From NCBI GenBank assembly GCA_977017645.1, contig OZ360238.1, forward strand, positions 65,410,001 to 65,474,000: a stretch of DNA of 64,000 nt, read 5' to 3'. Each line of letters begins with the position of its first letter. Positions within the stretch are counted from its first letter, which is position 1. The notes under the pieces were generated by a model. The model made no database searches. It saw only the letters and a list, made by a program, of their open reading frames with translations, and had not been told where the DNA came from. This DNA is from Torpedo marmorata. Lineage: Eukaryota. Made by a program: the position numbers and the translations under genes. Shown in pieces: positions 47,590-59,999 of this stretch.

Positions 47590-49420
47590 ATGGAGAGGAC
47601 ATTTGTCTTGTAGATGTTGAATATGAGCCAAACCTTTCATACATTTTCAATGAACAAGTCAATGACCGCTTGGAGTTTAGCAGGCAGGCAGCAACAATCC
47701 CTGCCCTCCTAAATGCTTATGAGACCTGGACTATCTCAAGGCACTGTAAAGTTATCACTAACAACATCACAAAATCCTTCAAATACACTAAAGGCGAAAT
47801 GGTCAGTGACCTCTCACATGCCAACATTTCAGCGTTGGACCTTGCGTGCATTCAGTCAACTTTGATAGTCATTGTGTTGAAAACAATCACTCGAGAACAG
47901 AATACTGGACAGTTTGAACCAATATTTTGAAGTTACCACATACAAGGATGGTTAATTGTGACATTCTCTGAGAACATCAAGAAAATGTAAGCAAGGAGAT
48001 TGATAATGATGTAATTGAAGGATTGCATCTCCAGGATAGCTAATCGCATGATGAACTGGCCCAGAGTGATGTGAGGACTCAATGTGACATTCACTCATTT
48101 TTCCTCAACAGAGTAATAATTTGTGACATTAGTTGCTATACAAAGACTTTAGTCATGAGATGAGAAAGCCTACTGTAAGACATTTCTAAGGCATCTCAGG
48201 CCTCCACAGCAATCAGAAGAGCTACAGCACACAAAAGTGGTGGAGAAACTCAGCAAGTCATGCAGCACCCACACAAAGTAAAAGTTAGTCGATGTTTCAG
48301 GCCTGAAATTTTAAATTAAATTTAGACATACAGCACGGTAACAGGCCATTTCAGCCCACGAGTCCATGCCGCCCAATTTACACCCCATTAACCTACACCC
48401 CCGGTACGTTTTGAACGGTGGGAGGAAACCGGAGCCCCTGGAGAAAACCCATGCAGACACAGGGAGAACGTACAAACTCCTTACAGACAGCGCAGGATTC
48501 GAACCCCGGTCCGGTCCTGATCGCTGCCGCTATAAAGGTATTGCATTAACCGCTACACCAAACGTGCCGCCTACACCATCCGTGCTGCCTGTATGTCGAC
48601 TGTATTTACTTCCTATAAAAATGAATATTTGATCATCAGCATGGACTTGACAGGGTGAAGGCATGTTTCCTCTATAATGTTACTATGGTAATAAGAGATA
48701 ACTAGAAACCTGGTTTTGGATGTTGAATTATCCATTTTCTGAGACTTGGATGAGAACCAGAGATTGTAGTGGGATCCAAGGACCAGCACTTAGAAAGGAG
48801 GAACCTTGAATATGAAATTCAGAGAGCTGGATACCACAAATCTGAGAGTAATGACCTTGTGTTCTTACAGGTGCAAGTTGTGAATGGCTGTATGTTGTCT
48901 TTGCAAGTCAGAGTTTGAATAAAGCTTAATATACCTACCACCATTGTCAGTGGTGTGTCTCTAATACAAGTACAAACTCAGCACAACAGGCAATGTTGGG
49001 CAGGCTGAGTTGTTTGCATGTCTGACACCAGACTCCTGAAACTGATATTTTACTCTGAGCTCTGACAATCTCTGGGAAGAGGTCATGCGGTAGACTGAAG
49101 AAAGCATTCAGAAATGTGTTCAGAACTTGCTTGTACAAATGCAATATCCCACTGACCCCTGAGAAGTTATGGTCCATGATAATTCACAGTGGAAAAGAAG
49201 CATTAGGAATAGTATTAAGTTCTTACATCAGTAACACACAGAAGCATGTATAAGCACTGGAAAGAGTGCACAACCTCACAAACTACCCACCTATCTGTCC
49301 TATAAGGTACCTCCTGCCTAGAGTCTGTGGTTCTTACGTTGACCTCACTGGCCACCTCAGACCCCATAAAACTGGAATGGATGTAGGTCATCCTTTTTCC
49401 TGAGGAACTGTTCAAGAAAT
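47590..49420 (+). mobile_element. Decayed RTE-clade LINE fragments
   Basis: IPALLNAYETWT peptide (47670..47930) and RTE-like 3' region ~48930-49420. Confidence 0.5.
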
Positions 49421-49769
49421 GGAAACTTCAGATGAAGAATGTATCAGTTCAGGCATGCTAACAATGAATGCTCAATAGATGCAAATGTCAAATATACAGA
49501 TGTCATTTACTGTGTTAGTGAGGAAAAATTTGATTTCTCTGAGCAAATCTTGACTCTTATATGCTTGCATTTTTATATACTATCATGCTCAAGTAGCAAT
49601 GAATCTAAATACTGCATGATAAAATCTAGAAATTACACATATAAACACAACTTCAATTATTACAATACATCTCATCACATTCAAGCAGACTGTGGAATTA
49701 CAATGTTTACTTACAAAATTAAATCAAAACAAGTTGCATCTGCGGAGAGAGAAATAAGGGATAATGCTT

Positions 49770-51965
49770 CAGGTCATAGAGTAATAGAGTTCTACAGCAT
49801 GGAAACAGGCCCTTCTGCCAAACTTGTCAATGCTGACCATGCTAATCCCATTTGTCTTCAATCGATTCATATTCCTATTAACCTTTCCTATCCATGTAAC
49901 TGTCTAAATGTCTCTTAAATGTTACAACAGTTCCTGCTTCTACAATGTCCTCATTCCATATACCCACCACACTGTGTGTGAGAAAGGTGCCCTTGGGTCC
50001 TTTTTGAATCTTTCCCCTCTCACCTTAAATCTATGCCCTCTAGTTTAAGATTCTCCTATCCTGGGAAAATGATTATGATTATTTACCTTATCTATGCCCC
50101 TCATGATTTACAGTATGTACCTCTATAAGGTTCTCACTCGGCTTCCAAATAATACAGGAATAAATGTCCCAGCATATCCAGCCTTTCCTTCTAATATCCA
50201 TTCCACTATCTTGGAGGATCTTTCCTGGACCCAGCACACCAATGGCATCATGAAGAAAGCACGTCAGCGTCTCTATTTCCTCAGGAGTTTGCGGAGGTTT
50301 ACTATGACACCAGAAACCCTGGCAAATTTCTACAGATGTGTGGTGGAAAGTGTGCTGACTGGCTGCATCACAGTCTGGTATGGGGACACCAATACCCCTG
50401 AGCGTAAAGCCCTCCAAAAGGTAGTGGACACAGCCCAGGACATCACAGGCAAAACCCTCCCCACTATCGAGAACATCTACAGGGAACACTGCTGTCGGAG
50501 AGCAGCAGCAATCATCAAAGACCCACACCACCCAGAACACGCTCTGTTCTTGCTGCTGCCATCAGGAAAGAGCTATAGGTGCCACAAGACTCGCACCACC
50601 AGGTTCAGGAACAGCTACTACCCCTCCACCATCAGACTCCTCAACGACAAACTCAATCAGGGATACATTTAAGGACTCTCACTTTTGCACTTGATTAATT
50701 TTTTTTCTCTCTGCATTACACAGTTTTTTGCATTTCTTTATTTGTTTACATGTGTACGTTGAGTTTTTTTGCACAACGAACTAGCTCGCCAGTTCCATGA
50801 ACATTCTCCCAAATCTTTTTTGCACCCTTTGCACCTTAATCATATTTTTCCTATAGCTGAGTAACCAAAACTGTGCACAATAATCCAAGTGTGGTCTCAC
50901 CAATATCTTGTACAGTTGATACATGACATCTCTCCTGTACTCAATACCCTGATCAATGGTTAGAAATGAAGTGCAAATTTTAATATACAGGGAAAGGAGA
51001 GAAAGAAAAAGAAAGTGAGACTTGAAGGCATATAAAAAGGCGTAAAGTAGTTGAGGGTCACGGTGTATGGTAAAATAAACAGAATGAAGGTATAAATGCA
51101 GAATAGTATTCTGAAAATTTTAGAGTGACATCAAGTGAATTTTGGTGTCTTCCATAAGCCATCTTTCGAATTATCCTACCATGAGGGACCTTGTCAAATG
51201 CCTTAATAAAGTCCATTAAGACAACATCTATCACACTACCCTCATCAACCATATTTGTAACTTCCTCAAAAACTTAAATTAAAATGGTAAGACATAATCT
51301 GCCCCTCACAAAGCATGCTGACTATCCTTAATCTGACCATGACCTTCAAAATGTGCATAAATCCTATAATCCTGACCCTAAGTATCCTTTCCAATAGTTT
51401 CCCAACCACTGATGTGAGTCTTATTAACATATAATTTCCTGAATTATCCTTTTCTTCCTTCTTGAACAAAAGACACCATTCGTCACTGTCCATTCATCTG
51501 AGTCACTAGTGAGGATGTATAGATCCTTGTCAAGGACCCAGCAAGTTTTTCACTTACGTCTTTCAATAGCTGGGGATATATCGCATCAGGCCCAGGAGTC
51601 TTGTCCACCTTAATGCTCCTCAAAATACCCAACACCACCTCTTTCCTGATCTCAAAATGCCACAATACATGAGCATTCTCCACATTATGCTCACTATCAC
51701 TGTCCATGTCCTTCTCCTTGGTAAACACTGATGCAAAGTCCTCATTTTGTATCTCACCCACTTCCTCTGACTCCAAGCATGAATTCCCTCCTTTGTTCTT
51801 GAGTGGTCCTATCCTCTCCCGAGTCACCCTCTTGTTTTTAAGGTAAGAATAAAATGCCTTGGGATTTTCTTTAATCCTGGTCATGAAGGTCATCTCAAGG
51901 TCCTTTTTGGCCTTCCTATTGCCCTGCTTGATCTCTTTCCTGCAATCTTTATATTCCTCCAGGGT
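49770..51965 (-). mobile_element. Fragmented CR1 LINE, interrupted by Rex1
   Basis: MDFIKAFDKVPH, KTPGPDAIYP and NPKAFYSYL peptides; CR1 3' end at 49770-50190. Confidence 0.8.
50200..50770 (+). mobile_element. Rex1-type LINE 3' fragment
   Basis: KKARQRLYFLRSLRRF...VESVLTGCITVWYG in ORF 50094..50672. Confidence 0.88.
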
Positions 51966-52014
51966 TTTTCCTTGTGTTTACACTGAGTTTCATTGAAAGA
52001 AAGTCAGAGGGCTA

Positions 52015-52845
52015 GGTCAAAGTTGTCAGAGTGTCTAAGGCTAAATTGTCTCATTTTTATTCTGATATGAGCCCATGGTGTGACAGATGTAAGAGCGGAG
52101 AAGCGTCATTAATTCATATGTTCTGGAATTGTCCTAGTCTAGAAAAATACTGGAGAGAGATTTTCTGCAATTTGTCTACAATTTTTAATATAGATTTGGT
52201 ACCGAATTCTTTGGTGGCTCTCTTTGGTACAATGGGAGGGAATGATTCTTCTTTGTCTCTGGTTCAGAGTCGTGCTATTTCTTTTGCCTCTCTTTTGGCG
52301 AGGCGTGCGATTTTACTTAAATGGAGGGATGCTGCCCCGCCTACTCATGATCAGTGGTTACGTGACATCATGTCTTGTTTGAATATGGAAAAGATTTGTT
52401 ATTCAATTAATAATTCAGATATAAGATTTCAGAAGTTATGGGGGTCATTTATGACTCACTATCTTACTTTATAATTTTATTTCAATGTAATTAAATTGTC
52501 TGACTTGTATTTTTTCCAAGTTCTTTTTATTTACTTTATTTCTGCCTTCGTTTTTCCTTTAATACTTACCATATATAGCATCTGGCAACGCGGTTAGGCA
52601 AGGGTTTTGAATTTTACTCCTTTACTATTTTCTTCTTTCTTTTTTTTGTGTTATTAGAGTTTTTTCCCAAAAAAGATATATATCATTTAGAATATGAACT
52701 ATGGATATGATTTATAATTCATGTATGCTTTTGTTATACTGAATGCCTTATTGAGTTTGAATAACTATCCATATCATCTTATCGAATTGTACTTTTTTTG
52801 CGTATAAGTTCTTTATTAAAATCAATAAAAAATATTTTTAAAAGA
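52015..52845 (+). mobile_element. L1-clade LINE 3' end
   Basis: CDRCKSGEASLIHMFWNCP ORF 52031..52474; T-rich 3' UTR; AATAAA and A-rich tail. Confidence 0.87.
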
Positions 52846-55800
52846 AAAGAGTGATTCAGAAGGAGAATGAGATCAAACATTAACATGAAGAGTGACTGGA
52901 AGCTCAGGGTTATACTTGATTGCTGAACAGGTTGTCTGTGTTTGGTTTCACCAGTACCCATTCGGGATAAGCAAATTGAATGAAGTATAAATAAATCATC
53001 ACATCAAATGAAAAGTGTGTTTGGGATCTTGGACAATGAGGAGCAAAAAAGTAAAAATACTGGTGATTGCAAAGGAAGATGCAGTGGGAAGGGCAGTGCC
53101 AGTATCAGTATCAATTTCTACCTTGTTTGCACAAAATCAAGGGATTTTCTACAATGTATTTTCTACAAAACTTTAAAAAAAACCAAATAATTAATGAAAG
53201 CATATTCAACACCTAAAAATAGACAAGTATTTCAAGTCAAAATTTTATCTTGTGGTACAAATGATGGAAGTTTTTATGGTTGCTCGAGAATTATGGTTAC
53301 TTAATACTTGGAGCCAATGGAGTTTAAATTTACTTTAATGTAAAAAAAAAGAGATGAAAGGTACAGTATAATTTTGACATGTAACACACACTGCAAAACT
53401 TTCTCATTTCATATAGACGATCATTGGAATTCTTATCCAATACTTTGTCGATACTTCACCGGCCCATTTTTATCGTGTTTACAGAAGTGGCCCGGTTAGA
53501 AAATTAAAATGATCACATAAATCGAGGTTTTAATGAACTATTTCGTCTATTTATAAACAGAACAGCGTCCGCTTCAATGCCAGTTGCTCATCTGTCAAAA
53601 CTAAAACTAAATTAATGGAAATTCACTAAGTTTTATAGATGGTAAATTTTAAAAATGTTTTTTTTTCAGGTAAACCGCCTTTACAACGTGCTGCACCACC
53701 GGAGAGAGTTTAATTAATTTTATATGGGAAAAGTGCAAGATATTTATTACATTGAATTAAACGTCAATCCTTTTTTAAGGACCCTGCACGAAGCATTGTT
53801 TCCAAACAATCGAACTTGCATTGTCGGTACGTCTTTATTTTGTTGTTGATGTTTAAAGTAGAATATTTGTAACCAAGCATTACATGAATATCAGCAAGGA
53901 AATGCTGGAAATACTCAGCAGGTCATGCAGCTTTGTGAAACGACAAAGTGAACAGTTCGGATTAGCGACATTTCATCAGAGCCGTTCTTGCAGTAGGAAT
54001 ACAGTATTTTGCTATCGTATCACACAGAAAACCCCATAGTTAAAGGGCAGCTATATTTTTTAACGTTAGTACTTCTGAACACGATGACATTTACAGTAAA
54101 TAAGATGACAGGGTGTATTACTCAATACGTTTTCAATTCAAAGGGAATATATTGACTATTACAAAGATCAGTTCTTCATCGAAAATAATTGTACACAAAA
54201 AGTGAGATAAACGCACATGCATACTCACCTGCTTTATTCGAACTCCACTGCTTTTGGATTTTTAAAGAACAGAGATAATGTCTTTCACCGATTTTATAAA
54301 TTCTTTTGAATTTCCAGCGATAAACTTCAACCCCTGGAAGTAAGAATCGCAGTAAAGCTACCATGATATACATTCATGCTTTATTCTTGAGAGTTGCAAG
54401 TTTAATTATTGCAGCAAGTTTATGAATGTGGATGTAAAGAAGCGGTGAAAACAAATTTCTTTCAGTCAAGACTAGAAATCTATGATGTAACCAAAATCAC
54501 GTTCCGTATTTTAGAAAAATGACCAAATTGTCAAGACTTCCCGATTATACGGGCCAAATATGTTTACTTTTACACAAACACTATCGATGAACGGTTCACA
54601 CTTTGAATTCAATATATATTTACATGTTGCTGCATAGTTTGTCGAAATGTTTTAAAGTTAGTGTATGCGGTGCTTGGTATTTACCTGCATTTGTAAATAA
54701 AGCGAGTATTACAGGTTATTTTTAAGATTTAATACTTAAAATCAGCTGCACCGTTTTTAAACATTTGAATTTAATATTCAATATAAAAACATCAGTGACT
54801 GAAATGGTTTCCTCAAAGCTGTCTTTGAACTGCAAGTGGTAGCAGAAATCAATCCAACACCGCTGGAAATCATTTCATGAACAAAAGACTGAAAACGAAC
54901 GGGAAAAATTGAACTTATTTCGAAGGATAATTCGCCTTTGTCTGTTCAATGCTGCGAATCATTCATTTTGGCGATTCCACATTTAACTTTTGATGGGTTC
55001 TCCAGACTGGTTTTGCAATGTAGACAATAATATTGTAAATAAAATAATTTGAGGCTGTGAAAATATCGTGCGGCTTTGGCTGGGAATTCCTCTTTTAAAC
55101 ACATTGGAATAAAAGCAAGAAATGTGTATTTTAAAGCAACCCCCCCCCCCCATGTTTTGCAGCATTTATAAAAATAATCGTGAGTGCAACGAAGACACCA
55201 GGGTTTGAGCGGATGGGAATAATGGCAGAGATTCGAGGAGCGTCCAGGAGAGGGCGCAAGCTTGCTGGCCAGACAAAAGGCACAGCGCAACAAGGACAGG
55301 GACGAAAATTCAGCTCGACATTGCATTGATCACAAGAACAAAAAAAAAACTACTACACAGCTTTTTGCACGCAAAATAATTTGATTTCAAATAGCAAGAT
55401 TAAAATAAAACATGTTATGACTTACTGCATTTTTGATAACAAACTCGACTTGGTTTTATGCTCGCAACATGTATCCCAGGTAAAACTAACCACAGGGAAA
55501 AATCATGTTATTAATGTGGATAATTTATTAATTTCTTTTTTAAAATGTGCTGGACTTCCAACCTGACCCATGCTCGCCCATTTCACAATTGTATTTAAAA
55601 TCACAGAGGTGGTCTAACCACGTCTCAGCACACACACACATCCACATAAATAAATTCAACCCGATTATATTTGTTAGCCACATAGGCATAATTCCATCAG
55701 TTTATAATTAGATGTAAACGAATTACTAACACTAATACCCTTTTAATTCCACTGTATCATTACGGATATTTTTGAAATTCACTGTGCCCTGCAGGGAGTT

Positions 55801-56399
55801 ACGTGCTGGAAGCTAAAGAATTTCCATTGTTCGGTAGGAATTAGGTTATTAAAAACTGTGAGTGCGAGATTGCTTCTGCGAATCAAAGGAGATGTACAGT
55901 AATGGCAACATTAAAGCAGTTTGTGGTTCAGCAGGAGCGACTTGCTTAAATGGACAAGAGTCTGGCGCCTTCCACTTCCATTACCCTTCATACTAGCAAA
56001 ATATCGTGTTTTGGACTCTTTTTTGTTTTATTTTCGCGTCCACTTAAATATTAAGAGGTCCGTTGCAGTAATTTGGGATAGCTGTCCCTCGATAAATGCG
56101 GAGTTTGCAGGCGACAATTAAGTTACATTATTCAAATAAATGACGCCCATCCTTTCGTCTCGGCGTTGTAAAACCAATTTAGTTTCTTTCAGGAGCTCTG
56201 CAATAGTTTTGATGCAGTTGCTCCGTTCTTTGAAGCGAAAACATAACAGCAACGGTACACATTGCACGAACTCGATGCTGAACGTGTTTGAAGCCCGAAT
56301 TTGCAATCCAGAGTGAGAGAGAGAGGAAAAAAAGAGCTGTTTGCAGCACTTTTAGCTCAAAAGCAGAAGTCAGAAGAGGCACAATGAGAGTGTTTTGTG

Positions 56400-58120
56400 T
56401 GTTTTATTGTGCGCGCAGTTCAATCCAGATTTGTCCAGGACTCCATGCTTTGGGCACGATCGCGCACTCCGATTTTTTTTTTCTTCATTATTCACCATGC
56501 GTGCTCTGCACTTGGACAGCGATTTCCTCCGTGATTACGTGTGGCGCGTCTCCCCGCGGGGAAGCTCCCCCGTGGAGAGGTCCTGATGGGTTTGGGCCTT
56601 GCTTGAAATTTCCCAGCTTATTATGTGTGTGGTGCAGAGCGTCGCGCGGACGCAGGGTTCCCGGGGAAAGGCAGCCAGGCAGCCCGCTCGCTCGCGCCCC
56701 GCGCGCCGCACACGCGCCGCCCCCCCGCACAGCGCCGGGCTCCGGCCGCCCCGCCGGTCATGGCCCGGAGCGGCGGCAGCGACTGCCCGCCGCCGCCCCG
56801 CTGAACGTCCGGCGGCACTCCCCCACCCCCCTCCTCCAGCAAGCGGCCACCTTTCTTTCCTATCCGTGCGCCGGGCCAAGAGAGCAACCGTCCACTCTCG
56901 GGGCAAGGGCTCCCGGCTAAACAGGTGATCCCGTCGCCAAGTTTTTTTTTGGTTGCTGCCTGGAGTTGCAGCGTCAAGACTGTGGCCGTTGGGCTTTTCT
57001 TTATTTTTAATTTCTTTTCTGGCGGGTGACTTGCCTTTTTTTTTTTTTTTGGTTCACTTTTTTTCCTCCTTTTCTGAGGAAACTCGCCGTGTCTGCTCAG
57101 TCCTCGAAAGCCGGAGGGTTTTTTTTTTTCTCTGAGGAAACTCGCTCAGTCCTCGAAAGCCGGAGGTTTTCATCGTTCCTTCAACAATAGAAAAAGGGGG
57201 GACAGCGGCACATTTTTTGTCGAGGAATAACCCTTGTGCAAAAAAAAAAAGAGGGGAAAAAAAGCACCCCCTTCTCTCTCTCCCACCTCCGCCCCCTCCT
57301 CCTGTAAATAATCACTTGGTCTTCGTGCGGGCTGGCTGGATCCTGCATCCACCAGTTGCAAAGAAGTTGTGGGTGTGTTGGGAGACAAGAGTGAGTGGAG
57401 AGGGGGGGAAAAAAAATAAACACTTGACTGAAATCTAGTTTTAGCACCACGGCGAACAACAACAAAAAAAAGTACGAAGGAGACGTCACACGCAGTCCAC
57501 TCCGAGAGGTTGAAGTTGCCGCATTGCAACGGGCAGGAGGAGGGAGAGAGAGAGGAACCAGGAGAGATTGATGTTCGGAGCTCCGGTCAGCGGCGCCCAG
57601 TCAGCGGCTTCTTCCAGGAGAGCGAGGGACTGGACATGTCCAGGCGAAAACAATCCAAGCCTCGGGCTGTTAAAGGTGAGTCTCTCCGGTCTGGTGTGTG
57701 TTTTATTTGTGTGTGTGTGAAGAAGCGACGTAGTAGGTTGAGGGGGGGGGGGAGACGATTGACCATCAGAAAGAAGCGGGAGCGGCGGCGGCGGCGGACT
57801 TTTTTCCGCGCGCGCGTTCTCCTCGCTGCGCCCCAGCTGGAGGAGGCTCGAGGCGGCGGAGGGGAGGGAGGGAGAGAGAGCGCGCGCGCAGCAGCAGCAG
57901 CAGCAACGCCCGCCGACCAGCAGGGGCCGGCGCCGAGGCCCCGTCCGTCCAGCGCGCACGCGGCCAGGGAGGGGCGCGAGGCACGAAGCCCGGGCGCCGA
58001 CACCTTCCGATTGGACCTGAACAGGAACACGGCGGGGGGCGCGCGGGCTGCCATGGAGGGGCCGGCCCACGTGCCAGAGTCCGGGCACGTTGCAACCGCG
58101 CATTCCAAAACTGGGTGCCG
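56400..58120. promoter_or_regulatory. CpG island / promoter of ZNF423
   Basis: Very GC- and CpG-rich, TE-free, surrounds the first coding exon. Confidence 0.85.
57636..57675 (+). CDS. ZNF423: Zinc finger protein 423, first coding exon (MSRRKQSKPRAVK)
   Basis: gacATGTCCAGGCGAAAACAATCCAAGCCTCGGGCTGTTAAAG|gtgagt. The MSRRKQxKP NuRD-binding motif fits ZNF423/ZNF521; divergent synteny with CNEP1R1 favours ZNF423. Confidence 0.88.
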
Positions 58121-59999
58121 TAAAACACATTGGTGTGCCAATCACACCATGCCAAGATATAAAAGTACTGTAGAAACTCGAATCTATTGCAAACTTCAGG
58201 TCCATGACTTTTCAGCGCAGCTGAAATATTATGGACCTGAAATCATAACTTTGTTTTGACTTCCACAGATGCTGTATGATATGCCAAGTTAGTTTCATTA
58301 GTTTATTTGTTTTTATTTCCATTACAGTACACTTTGAGGGTTAAATGATTGAAATTTAATGGACCAGACCATGTAATTGACCAGGAACACTTCAATAGCT
58401 GAAATTAACATCTCACCCACCTGTTACTGATCAGTTATGTAAATAACATTTTTGGAAGAAACATTATGCAATTTCAAGGGAAAATTGACATACATTGCAA
58501 CAAAGTCATTTGCTCAAGCTATACACTCAAAAAGTTGGGACCTAAATAATTCAAATGATCAAAATTTGCAGTCTACACGTTGATTTCAATGGATGGCTAA
58601 TTGTACATAAAGCGAACAGTTTTGCAATATGCTGATGTTGGCAGACAAGGATTCTGAGTGATGTTAGTGGAATATTTTGAGCACTTTTTCCATGCCCTTC
58701 TCTTATTATTTGTTCATCATGTGTGATTGTTGCTGGAAAGGCTGTTTGAAAAACTGCTAAAAGAAGGTGGTGGCAGGCCATAGCAGCTTTCAACCATAGC
58801 AGTCTGCAGTATGCACGGTACTGGGAAGGGAATTCCAGGATCTTAATCTATTAATAAATTAAAGAATGATAGGATCTCTTAAATTAAGATGATATGTTTC
58901 ATATTTGGAACCATGTTGATAATGAATCAACAGGATGCATTGTAAACAATATTTTCATCAAGGGATTAAAGAAATTAGAACTAAATAACTGAAAATATTG
59001 GGTGTGTAATTGAGAAAGCAATCTCATTGAAATGTTCATTTTTCTTTGAAACCCATCAGACCGAACCTGAGTTGGGATTGTTTGCCTTGTAAAGACTATA
59101 ATTTTTCAATATTTATCTGTCTACTTGCAGTATAATTTTTGAAGTGTCAATTTTATTTCTTCTGACAGCAAAATAATTGGAATATATTGCATTGAATTTT
59201 TACAATTATATAATTATGATGTCAATCTTTTAACTGATGTTAATTTCAAGAAGGATGCTTTCCATCCTTTGGGGAAAGCTGTTGTGCCTTTTCCAGCCCC
59301 ACCTAACGTTTGAGGTTCTTTCACTGGTTCCTTCAGCTCAATTCCTTCTATATCCTTGCAAAGATGTTTATATCTTTTCTGATGCTTCATACCGAGGGTT
59401 GTTTGTGGTATTTTGTTAGCTTAACAAATGATTTGTAAGGTTCTGCCACAATCCCTTTGCTTTTCTATTCTGTTCTTCCATTTCAGGACCTGGGTCATCC
59501 ACATGCTTTATTATCAACTTTCTTTGCTGTCTTTGGGAATTTCTGCATCGAGGTCGCACTATTCATTTATGCTTTTCAAATTTTCACTATTTATAATGTG
59601 CTGTTTTTTTTATTTTATTTCTCCCAAAATCTGTTACTTCACGGCTCTGTGTATTGGGCTCGATCTCCCTTGTTTCTGTGACTTTCACAATTCTGTCCAT
59701 GTAACTTGAAGTCTGTAGGTATTCTTCCCACAGTCTGAAACTTTGTTAAACTTGGCATCATCTGGAAACTTTCTATAAGGATTCTGGAGTTTTGTACAGT
59801 TTGGTGTCTCTTTACCTCAGGTAAGTTGTACTTGCCTGACAGGAAAGGAGAAATTAAAATTCACTGTTTACTTCAAGAGTATGCCAATTAAGGTACAGTC
59901 CAATAATGACTCCTTAATATTGTAATAGCAATATACAATGTTTTATATGTAATATGTAGCAGTGAAATTGTATGCTGAAGATGAAATAGAATGGACCAT

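Noticed and set aside
57074-57160. CTGAGGA...GAAA as hammerhead cores
   Set aside because: Stem II cannot form between the boxes, and ctgag/ctcag pairing would sequester the core.
57636-57675. SALL1 or ZNF521 as the identity of the MSRRKQ exon
   Set aside because: SALL proteins continue KPQH; the KPRAVK ending plus linkage to CNEP1R1 fits ZNF423 better than ZNF521.
56288-58259. Several 100-250 aa ORFs on both strands
   Set aside because: CpG-island artefacts; only 57636-57675 is bounded by a splice donor and matches a known protein.
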